A DNA stretch of 33,210 bases from a virus (Duplodnaviria; Caudoviricetes): IMG/VR virus record IMGVR_UViG_3300031922_000057, positions 1 to 33,210 of that record, one strand, 5' to 3'. The translations under genes were made by a program, and so were the position numbers. Below, one piece after another: positions 26,301-33,210 of the stretch; positions within the stretch are counted from its first letter, which is position 1, and each line of letters starts with the position of its first letter. Under the pieces are notes generated by a model that saw nothing but the letters and a program-made list of their open reading frames with translations, was not told where the DNA came from and ran no database searches.

Positions 26301-26693
26301 GAAGCTATCATTCCCCTATCATCTGCGAAGCGTAATCGTGGCATGAGCCTGTGGGAGAATGTCGGTAGAATATTTGGGATGTCGGCTATGGATAAGCCTT
26401 TTAAAGCATATGACAAAGGAGGTATAGCGGGAAGCGTATCTAAACTGCGGGAAACAAATATGATGGTCGAAAAGCCTGCGATCCCTATATCTGTCCCTAA
26501 CGTCAATAACCAAACAATAAACTTGATCCTGCAGGCTAATCCAACATATAAAATCGAGAGTGCTGCTAATGCACAAGATATTCTCCGAATCATCCGGGAA
26601 AACAACATTGAGCTTGCTGATGAGTTGCTGGATACAATCTCTAAATTTTTGCCTGCAATATTAAGGAATACTGTTATTGTACCGGGGGTGTAA
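23310..26693 (+). CDS. Tape measure protein
   Basis: 1127 aa; FEQTQIAFETML...FANKTPFE tape-measure domain; C-terminal HAYGG...VAEAGPEAIIPL. Start may be 23319. Confidence 0.93.
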   Translation: MMIMTEEVYRIEVPIHASDNTEPAISTASKKVYGFEKAMWKMEQRMNQVRRSRLEIVASAIDRATKVIALIGAKARSIAGKTYNIAIGVKDMVTRPLKSITGFVTSTIGMLTAGAGIAGGIVIPMRISGDFEQTQIAFETMLSSGERASRFLSEAEDFANKTPFEFPELLQSARLMKAFGFEIESVLPMMTVIGDTASGLGAGTVGIERITRALGQMKTKGRLQTEELLQLQELGVPAAEILQKELGLTAEQVGNIGREGMEAGKGIDALLRGMERRFGGMMAKQSTSAIGLISTIKDTIQNKLLRRWGEGLWKGIKPQLGRIVDWIDRNKEQIRRWGDEFKKAGANISVWVTSSLEQVGKKVSSLVNSLDWKNAITLGEKMQLAWDKIIAEPFNDWWNGKGKVWLSEKAHSMGEGIGSVLKIGILGLLGVNAKSAVEEGANIGSSFAEGFVEGFDGKRVKEAIMNALKGIAKDAATLLPGGESTSTTGGLSALLLSGAFLKLGGGKLLGGIGKLGGKLTTAGAGIETGTAAVTGMGAAGTSIGAAAVTTGKIATVGLATPVGWAASALGAYSAINDFIHAADTKNVKENRDAVASGISKTAMMALGGAIGTAILPGLGTAIGVGIGGIGALLYGGSLGKTISGWIDGSGKIEKTANDLRSAAYEYQNMADKAGSTRILTREYERLSKMISEGKGTSEEMLEAKSQLQRVIESLSAIYPGLITQYDIENGKLREKLGLLNDITEADKKSAKLKLEQEVALGEKNFSKIEERFKASTDRTDALYEEKNALEKAISQFKTYELEMMKLIQARDEDGYDWGKDSKRVNSLVDRINKVARTVGYDFSGSGLTGFAFAMQDRTFEEERRKIIDALIQEDEQLTQLRDQYSSLYEAQKKLIEFDLGATLEDQAKKYHLLTEAEQGRFLDAIAKVSELECKMNELPTDKKININVLARYMSESNPKRNDHEDYYPHTWNTWSYPHAYGGIMTKPHVGLVAEAGPEAIIPLSSAKRNRGMSLWENVGRIFGMSAMDKPFKAYDKGGIAGSVSKLRETNMMVEKPAIPISVPNVNNQTINLILQANPTYKIESAANAQDILRIIRENNIELADELLDTISKFLPAILRNTVIVPGV

Positions 26694-26695
26694 AA

Positions 26696-27334
26696 ATGGA
26701 TTTTTATCTGACCGATATTAAAACAAATAATCGCATTCATCTTCCGGTAAACCCTACATTGGTACCTGTGCCGAGAAAAGTTGCAATGATCGAATACAAT
26801 TTCATGGATAAGGGTAAAAGGGTATTTCCCAATGGCAACGATGCAGAAGAGATAACGTTGGAGGGCTTTTTCCCACAGCGAGCCTTGCACAACATGTCGT
26901 ATGTTAAATCATGGAGAAGTCCAAATGAGCTGATTAAGGAATTGGAAAACTATCGAGCAACGGGACAGATGCTGAAGTTTTTAATCACCGAAACACCTGT
27001 CAATTTGCATGTATTCATTAGAGAATTTACGCCGGTATGGGGGTATGTGGACAGAGTTCCCTATACAATTGTGATGGTTCGCGCAGAGGACTGCATTATA
27101 CCGGTGTATGGGAGCAGACAAACCAATCACGACAGCGTATTTGCATCTTCTAGATCGCAACCTCCGACAGCACGCACATATACAGTAAAATCTGGCGATA
27201 CGCTTTGGGGTATAGCTCAAAAACACCTCGGAAACGGTCGCAGGTATACAGAAATCCATACCATAAACAAACCTCCCTTAAGCTCTAATCCAAACCTGAT
27301 TCAACCGGGCCAGGTCCTTAAGCTCCCGGTATAA
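26696..27334 (+). CDS. LysM-domain tail tube initiator (XkdP-like)
   Basis: LPVNP at the N-terminus; YTVKSGDTLWGIA...NPNLIQPGQVLKLP LysM. Confidence 0.92.
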   Translation: MDFYLTDIKTNNRIHLPVNPTLVPVPRKVAMIEYNFMDKGKRVFPNGNDAEEITLEGFFPQRALHNMSYVKSWRSPNELIKELENYRATGQMLKFLITETPVNLHVFIREFTPVWGYVDRVPYTIVMVRAEDCIIPVYGSRQTNHDSVFASSRSQPPTARTYTVKSGDTLWGIAQKHLGNGRRYTEIHTINKPPLSSNPNLIQPGQVLKLPV

Positions 27335-27337
27335 AGT

Positions 27338-28348
27338 ATGCAAGGATGTGGATGTATGATTGATATTCGAAAAATACAATATACCGTTTCAATTTATGAT
27401 AGACATGGACAACTACACAATGTTTATCCTTTGTTACAGAGCACATCATTTGGTGAAACGGATAGCGAGTTGGCATCCAGAATGACGGCAATGTTCAAAA
27501 ACCAAAAATACAATGAGACATACATGACGTCACTAGCTTCGCCGGGCACGGTGCTTCTGATTCATGCTGATTGGGGAGTCGGCAAACAGGAGGTATTCCG
27601 CGGAGACATCAATATATGGCATTACCGGAGCAGCAGCAGAAAAGACCTTGATCTGAATATTTTTGACGACTTGTATAAATTGCAGGAATCCGAAGAGGTA
27701 CACTACTATTCTGCGGGCACCAGCAGTAAAACAATTATTCTGGAGATATTTAAGCGCTGGGGAATACCGTTGTTAACCTATAACGGCCCTGACTTCCCTA
27801 TGCCTGCGTTCCCTATCAAGACGGAAAAACTCGGGAATGTTGTAGCAAAAATACTGAAACTTGCCGAAGAACGTGGATATGGACAGTATATCATTCGAAT
27901 GAATAAAGGTCAGGTTGAGGTTGTTCTGCGTGGGTCAAATACAGTGGTATATCATTTTTCATCTGCCAACAATACTATTCTGACGAGTGACCGGGTCAGT
28001 ATTGAGAATCTGCTCACACGGGTCAAGGTTGTAGGTCGTGAGGATAGTAAAGGCTGGATGCCTGTCGAAGCTGTCCTAGACGGGAAGACTGAATTCGGTA
28101 TCAGGCAACGGATATATCAAAGACCACAGGATGATAGCTTGGCATCCGCACAGGCAGCGGCACAAAAGATTCTTGAGAAGAACGGTTCGCCTGAACGTTC
28201 AATCACAATTGAGGCCCCGGACATCCCTTTCCTTAGGAAAGGCGACAAAATTTACATTACTGCCGGAAATCTGTCAGGCTATTTCTATATCAAAAACATA
28301 CACCATGACTTAATAACGAGAGCTATGCAAGCGGAGGTAGAGACATGA
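27338..28348 (+). CDS. Baseplate hub (XkdQ-like)
   Basis: Position; TRVKVVG, FGIRQRI and LRKGDKI motifs. Start may be 27356. Confidence 0.8.
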   Translation: MQGCGCMIDIRKIQYTVSIYDRHGQLHNVYPLLQSTSFGETDSELASRMTAMFKNQKYNETYMTSLASPGTVLLIHADWGVGKQEVFRGDINIWHYRSSSRKDLDLNIFDDLYKLQESEEVHYYSAGTSSKTIILEIFKRWGIPLLTYNGPDFPMPAFPIKTEKLGNVVAKILKLAEERGYGQYIIRMNKGQVEVVLRGSNTVVYHFSSANNTILTSDRVSIENLLTRVKVVGREDSKGWMPVEAVLDGKTEFGIRQRIYQRPQDDSLASAQAAAQKILEKNGSPERSITIEAPDIPFLRKGDKIYITAGNLSGYFYIKNIHHDLITRAMQAEVET

Positions 28349-28707
28349 AAAATTTAACTGGCTTTAGTGGTTTTGGAGCCATGTTTAAAAGCCAATTAGA
28401 GGAAATCAGAAAAGAGGATATAAAACGGCCTGTTATTGAATTAGCTATTATTCAGGCCGATTACAGTTTAATTACCGACAGTTTTCAGGTACCTATACCA
28501 AAGTCTGATTATTCGGTTTGTCGAGGTCTTACAATAGATGAAGCCTCGCCACTCACTAAAACGCAACCTGCAAATAGCCATATTCATGAAGTCATAGTGC
28601 CAGATACACTACGAAAATTAAAACCGTTAGACCGTGTGCTTGTGGCATGGGTTGGAGGAAATCGGGTTGTGGTGATTGATATAGTACAACCGGGGGAGGT
28701 TTTATAA
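28345..28707 (+). CDS. Baseplate spike-like protein (XkdR-like)
   Basis: HIH motif; LKPLDRVLV...VVIDIV. Confidence 0.65.
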   Translation: MKNLTGFSGFGAMFKSQLEEIRKEDIKRPVIELAIIQADYSLITDSFQVPIPKSDYSVCRGLTIDEASPLTKTQPANSHIHEVIVPDTLRKLKPLDRVLVAWVGGNRVVVIDIVQPGEVL

Positions 28708-28708
28708 G

Positions 28709-29158
28709 ATGATTAGGCAAAATCTCTATCCCGTATTCGCAATACCCGATGTATCCGAACAAACGCAAGGCAGTAAGATTACTAACGGAAAGTCATGGCA
28801 GTTTGATTTTGAAACCGGAACATTTGTAACAAATGGAGGAAATCGCATGATTGAGGCTGACGAAGCCACCGCCTTGATGCAGTGGTGTATCGGAGCATGC
28901 ATGACTCCCAGGGGAGATTATCTTGCCTACAGTAACCAGTATGGCATTGATATTGATGAAGTGCGAAATCAGCCTACAAGAAAGGCCATAGAGCTGGTAC
29001 TTGAACGCACCATTACGGAAGCCATATTGATTAACCCAAAGATAGATTCTGTAAAAGGATTCAGGTTTGAATGGTGTGCTGACGGAGTATACGTCAGTTT
29101 TGAAATTCAACCCAAAGTTGGTGACTCTCAATTCATGGGTATTCCCTATCACATTTGA
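28709..29158 (+). CDS. Baseplate wedge protein (XkdS/DUF2634-like)
   Basis: WQFDFETG.F, YLAYS.QYG and RTITEAILINP.I motifs. Confidence 0.85.
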   Translation: MIRQNLYPVFAIPDVSEQTQGSKITNGKSWQFDFETGTFVTNGGNRMIEADEATALMQWCIGACMTPRGDYLAYSNQYGIDIDEVRNQPTRKAIELVLERTITEAILINPKIDSVKGFRFEWCADGVYVSFEIQPKVGDSQFMGIPYHI

Positions 29159-29174
29159 TTGGAGATAATACGAA

Positions 29175-30305
29175 ATGGTGATAAAACCAAGAACATTTGA
29201 ACTGCCGGAATTTTTGAAAACTGAAAATGCTGATTCAATTTATGAAAGGCTAAGTCAGATGGCCAAAGAAAAAAACATTGATATCACTGAAGGATCATTG
29301 TTTTTTAATGCTGTTAAGCCAATAGCTCTTGACCAAGCGGAGCGAGATCAGTTTAAACGAATTGAATTGTTTAAGCTCATATGGCCTGATTGGTCATACG
29401 GAATTTGGTTGGAGATACTAGGCGAGACTGTGGGTATAACACATAAAAAACAACCAACATATGCAGAAGGTGTTTTAAAAATTCACGGAGTACCGGGTAC
29501 CATTATCCCGATTGACTATGTCTTTGCCACCAGAGCGATGAGCGCAAATCCATCTATTTTATTTAAAGTAAAACAATCCGTTACCATTGATTCAAGCGGA
29601 CTTGCAATCATCAATATCAAAGCTATGGAGGCAGGTGTAAAAGGAAACGTGGGGGCGGGAACCATCAACCTTATGACTGTACCTATGAACGGGATCATAA
29701 GCATCACAAACGAACAACCTACCACAGGTGGGACTGAAATTGAAGACGAAGAAAGCTTCCGGCAGAGAATACTTAATGCCAACCAGCAGGAAAAACTCTC
29801 AGGCGCAGTATCTGATTATATACGTTGGGCAGAAGAAGTAGATGGAGTCGGGAAGGCATATGTCATGCCAGAATGGAACGGAGCCGGTACGGTTAGGGTT
29901 GTTGTTATTGACACCAACGGACTTCCTGCAAACCAGAGCATTCTGAATAGCGTACAGGCATACTTAGCTCCACCGGGACCAAATCGTGAAGGTACAGCTC
30001 CGGTGGGACACCGTGTCACCGTTGTAGCTCCGCAGCAAAAAACTATAAACTATACATTTTCGTGGCAGCTTTCCCATGATGTTAATAAAGACGAAATTAT
30101 AACCAACTTTAAAAAGGCATTAAATGAGTATTATATGGATATTGGTGTCGGCGGCATTATTCACTATAACAAGGTGGGAGCTTTGCTGATTGGCTTGGAA
30201 GGTGTAATTAATTACAACAACCTTGCTATCAATGGCAGTGCATCGGATATCACTCTGGAGGGCGATGAATTCGCAGGAACAGGGACGGTGGTAGTGTATG
30301 ACTGA
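29175..30305 (+). CDS. Baseplate J-like protein (XkdT)
   Basis: GGTEIEDEESFRQR; GAVSDYIRWA.EV.GVGKAYV.PEWNGAGTV. Confidence 0.93.
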   Translation: MVIKPRTFELPEFLKTENADSIYERLSQMAKEKNIDITEGSLFFNAVKPIALDQAERDQFKRIELFKLIWPDWSYGIWLEILGETVGITHKKQPTYAEGVLKIHGVPGTIIPIDYVFATRAMSANPSILFKVKQSVTIDSSGLAIINIKAMEAGVKGNVGAGTINLMTVPMNGIISITNEQPTTGGTEIEDEESFRQRILNANQQEKLSGAVSDYIRWAEEVDGVGKAYVMPEWNGAGTVRVVVIDTNGLPANQSILNSVQAYLAPPGPNREGTAPVGHRVTVVAPQQKTINYTFSWQLSHDVNKDEIITNFKKALNEYYMDIGVGGIIHYNKVGALLIGLEGVINYNNLAINGSASDITLEGDEFAGTGTVVVYD

Positions 30306-31095
30306 TTTTAATAGCCTTACAAGCCAAACCGGAATTAAGATGGCTACATACATCTTGCCGCTATGGCTAAGCAATGAGATATTGTGTATCTTTGATACTG
30401 TTGGCAGAGAGTTCGATATTATTGACAGCATGGATTATGACGTTTTTATTCAGTTTTTCCCGCAGACAGCAACTTGGGGTCTTAAGCATTGGGAACGGCT
30501 TCTAGGACTTTCGGTGAATGAAAGTATCCCTATGCATATTCGCCGTAATAAAGTTATTGCTCGGCGCATTACCCGCAATCCTGTTAATCCTAAAAGGATA
30601 CAAACGGTAGTATCACAGCTTACCGACAGACGTGTGGATGTTGACGATTACTTTATGGACTACACCTTTGGAATAGAAATTCATCAGCAGGACACAGTGC
30701 CTATTATATTGTCTCCGGTTATTCGGGAGGTGAACAGGCTCAAACCATCAGCATGGGCGTATCTTATCAGTTTGAGCCACACGGTAGAAATAACTGTTTT
30801 TCCCTCAATGCTCATCCATTTTGCTGAGTACCCTTTCTGCGGTGAGTTGATTTGCGGGACATATCCGAATGAAAACAAAGCAATCGACCAACAAACAAAT
30901 GTAAACATCCAGACAACTAGCTATCAGGTAAGTCAGCCATTTTTCCAAGTTGGAACTTTTGCATGCGGAAGTGCGGAAAGTGAAATCGAAAACATGGCGG
31001 TTTGGGTAAACACGGAATTTGCTATGAGCCTATTTTCATATGCGGTGAATCAGGAATACCCGATATGTGGTGATTTTGTAAGTGGCGAGGGGTGA
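30298..31095 (+). CDS. Baseplate/tail protein (XkdU/YmfQ, DUF2313-like)
   Basis: QFFPQTATWGL.HWERLLGL...RR..VIA motif. Confidence 0.85.
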   Translation: MTDFNSLTSQTGIKMATYILPLWLSNEILCIFDTVGREFDIIDSMDYDVFIQFFPQTATWGLKHWERLLGLSVNESIPMHIRRNKVIARRITRNPVNPKRIQTVVSQLTDRRVDVDDYFMDYTFGIEIHQQDTVPIILSPVIREVNRLKPSAWAYLISLSHTVEITVFPSMLIHFAEYPFCGELICGTYPNENKAIDQQTNVNIQTTSYQVSQPFFQVGTFACGSAESEIENMAVWVNTEFAMSLFSYAVNQEYPICGDFVSGEG

Positions 31096-31099
31096 GATT

Positions 31100-31399
31100 A
31101 TGAGAACAGACATTGAATTAATTAAAGAGACATTACGTACACGGATTAAGCATGGCATTGTAACTGTCAGCGGTGTTAATCATCAGATACCTATCTTTCG
31201 GTCATTAGCCAATGCACAGGATGAAATCATTATTGATTTATATCTTGATGATACGATTGTTGGCAACATCACTAGGGCAACGCTGGTGCTGGACAATGGT
31301 CAAGTTATTCGGGAAAGGTCAAATCTCGGAACAAAAGACGAGACATATGGATTGTTGATAGGCTTTAAATGGAAGCTGTCTACGGTAGAAATAAACTGA
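31100..31399 (+). CDS. Hypothetical tail protein
   Basis: GAGGGGTG RBS before ATG 31100. Confidence 0.65.
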   Translation: MRTDIELIKETLRTRIKHGIVTVSGVNHQIPIFRSLANAQDEIIIDLYLDDTIVGNITRATLVLDNGQVIRERSNLGTKDETYGLLIGFKWKLSTVEIN

Positions 31400-31414
31400 G
31401 GAGGTGTAAACATA

Positions 31415-31849
31415 GTGTATCAAATGAATCAATGGGTGGATAGGGTCAGGGATGCTAATGGTAACATCATTGTACAGGGCACTCCTTGGACAAAAACGCG
31501 GGGAGACAATATTGAAAAGGGTATTTTTGAAAGTTTTGCAAGCATTAATGTGCTAACACAGGAGATGATGCAACGAAAGCGCGAATTGGGGAATGCCATC
31601 TTTGAGATTGGCACTATTACATTGACCAATAATCAACTATATCCCTTTAATAATTCAAGATTGACGGTAAATTTAAGAACACCTAGAAATACTTTGAATT
31701 ATACAGTGCTGGTTGAGCATAACGCCATAAATGAAGGCAAGGTAATAGTGACGGATAAACAGTTGAATGGCTTCAAACTTGAATATACAGGAAGTGCAGT
31801 CAGTGTTACGGTCAAATATTATGTTCGAGGAGGTATGATGCAACAATGA
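31415..31849 (+). CDS. Tail-fibre-associated protein
   Basis: W.DRV...VQGTP....DNIEKGI anchor-like motif; DKQLNGFKLEYTGSA; GAGGAGG RBS with GTG start. Confidence 0.65.
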   Translation: MYQMNQWVDRVRDANGNIIVQGTPWTKTRGDNIEKGIFESFASINVLTQEMMQRKRELGNAIFEIGTITLTNNQLYPFNNSRLTVNLRTPRNTLNYTVLVEHNAINEGKVIVTDKQLNGFKLEYTGSAVSVTVKYYVRGGMMQQ

Positions 31850-32169
31850 TAATTATTGAAAAGAATGAGGGAACTAAAATCCAATATTCCGTTACGGGTA
31901 CCATGCTCAATCTGAATAATGAAATAATGATGAATGTAAGCAGCTTTGAAAGAGACTTTCCTGTAAATGTAGACATTTGCAGAAATCAATTCAATATGCT
32001 TACATTTGGCTTGAGTGAAAAGTATGTAGCGCAAATAGGTATACCGCCAAGAGAATATGAAATGGTTGAAAACGGAACAGATGAAGAAGACACACCCAAG
32101 TACGACAAGGTAGCGGTGCCTTTCGATATGGCAAAAGTAACATTAACTTTATGGAGCGTGGAGGGATAG
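31846..32169 (+). CDS. Hypothetical tail protein upstream of the receptor-binding protein
   Basis: ATGA overlap; GAGGAGG upstream. Confidence 0.65.
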   Translation: MIIIEKNEGTKIQYSVTGTMLNLNNEIMMNVSSFERDFPVNVDICRNQFNMLTFGLSEKYVAQIGIPPREYEMVENGTDEEDTPKYDKVAVPFDMAKVTLTLWSVEG

Positions 32170-32172
32170 AAA

Positions 32173-33210
32173 ATGCCAGATTTTGATGATTTGAAGCTTG
32201 CGGTCGAAGCATTAAGCGGTGGAAAGAATACAGTATTACTTGATGACCTTGGTATGCCCAGTATAATGGTACGAATACCAAAATTCTATCTGAGTGATGT
32301 AATTACAGGAGCGCCATACACTCCTCATCCTGCTTTTATTGTAAACGGTATAGAGAGAGACGAAATCTATATTTCAAAATTTACAAACATAGTGATGAAT
32401 GGCAGAGCATACAGCTTACCGCATAGAGATCCAGCAACTGCGATAAATTTCGATCAAGCCCTTGCTGCCTGTTATGCAAAAGGTAGTGGATGGCATCTTA
32501 TGTCTAATGCCGAGTGGGCTGCAATAGCGTTATGGTGTAAAAGGAATAATTTTATGCCAAGAGGCAATAACTACGTCGGATCAGACGTGAGTGCTCTCTA
32601 TGAAACGGGAATAAAGACATTTGATTGGATAACCACGTCAAATTGGAACGGCAGGGCATATAAGCAGGAGGGGGTAAATTTCTTTCATGTTGGAAGGATC
32701 GCAACCGGATCGGGAACAGCAGGATGGGCACATGATAACACAAATGAAGGTATATTCGATCTAAATGGAAATACATGGGAGTGGACATCGGGGTTGCGAC
32801 TAAATAATGGCGAAATTCAGATAATAGAAAACAACAATGCCGCTATTTTAAATACAAATCATTTAGCAAGCAGTGAGGTATGGAGAGCAATTCTTCAGGA
32901 TGGCTCCCTGATGGCTCCGGGAAGTTCGAACACATTAAAGTATGATGCAGCGGATGCGGGCGGCAGTGGGGCGGCGCGGCTCAATACAGTTGTTACGAAT
33001 CTAGGCACTGACGCTACTAGCATGTATAACACTTTAGAATCTATGCAAGTTATAAGCGGTGTAACTGTTCCAACATTATTACGAGCACTGGGACTCTTCC
33101 CTGTTGATGCAGCTCATGATAACGATGGATTTTGGGGCAGAAATAATGGAGAAAGATTGCCGTTGCGCGGCGGTGAATGGAATAATGGTGCTGCTGCTGG
33201 GGTTTTTGCG
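32173..33210 (+). CDS. Mtd-like/FGE-type C-type lectin receptor-binding protein, 3'-truncated by the window, not in ORF track
   Basis: 346 codons open to the window edge: HPAFIVNG, GWHLMSNAEW, GIFDLNGNTWEW, LPLRGGEWNNGAAAGVFA. Confidence 0.88.
   Translation, partial: MPDFDDLKLAVEALSGGKNTVLLDDLGMPSIMVRIPKFYLSDVITGAPYTPHPAFIVNGIERDEIYISKFTNIVMNGRAYSLPHRDPATAINFDQALAACYAKGSGWHLMSNAEWAAIALWCKRNNFMPRGNNYVGSDVSALYETGIKTFDWITTSNWNGRAYKQEGVNFFHVGRIATGSGTAGWAHDNTNEGIFDLNGNTWEWTSGLRLNNGEIQIIENNNAAILNTNHLASSEVWRAILQDGSLMAPGSSNTLKYDAADAGGSGAARLNTVVTNLGTDATSMYNTLESMQVISGVTVPTLLRALGLFPVDAAHDNDGFWGRNNGERLPLRGGEWNNGAAAGVFA

Larger units (their letters stand above)
39..33210. mobile_element. Mu-like transposable prophage with contractile tail; right part lies beyond the window
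   Basis: Repressor/Cro - MuA - MuB - GemA - Mor - gp27-like gene order, then head and xkd-type tail genes. The left boundary (TG at 39 or 41, where composition shifts from GC-rich to AT-rich) is tentative. Confidence 0.93.

Noticed and set aside
20679-31095. Stand-alone tailocin or contractile injection system
   Set aside because: The tail genes are continuous with terminase, portal and capsid genes, so this is a phage tail.
2103-32788. Numerous minus-strand and alternate-frame ORFs in the track (e.g. 2971-3615, 5954-6556, 11811-12194, 15996-16553, 26270-26890)
   Set aside because: They overlap well-supported plus-strand phage genes and show no recognisable motifs; they are best explained as shadow ORFs.

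Overview
The window is the left ~33 kb of a Mu-like (transposable) prophage. The sigma-A promoters, strong Shine-Dalgarno (SD) sites, AbrB, LoaP and PBSX-type tail point to a Firmicute, probably Clostridia. From left to right it contains: a putative left end with repeated transposase-type sites; an ImmA-type peptidase and XRE repressor facing Cro across five operators; an early operon (MuA DDE transposase, MuB ATPase, AbrB-like, GemA-like and Mor-like genes); Mu gp25-27-like genes; a LoaP/NusG-paralogue antiterminator; a lambda-gpA-type large terminase; portal; MuF with a C-terminal HExxH peptidase plus a small partner gene; head genes; a contractile xkd-type tail with a -1 frameshift chaperone; and an Mtd-like lectin cut off by the window edge, probably a diversity-generating retroelement (DGR) target. 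The main signal missing from the ORF track is three self-cleaving ribozymes in early-operon spacers: a type II hammerhead (2145-2207) and two twisters (4527-4592, 6265-6322). Together they would cut the MuA and MuB messages into separate RNAs, and one twister stem covers the MuB ribosome-binding site. All calls come from reading motifs by eye; no searches or folding programs were run.
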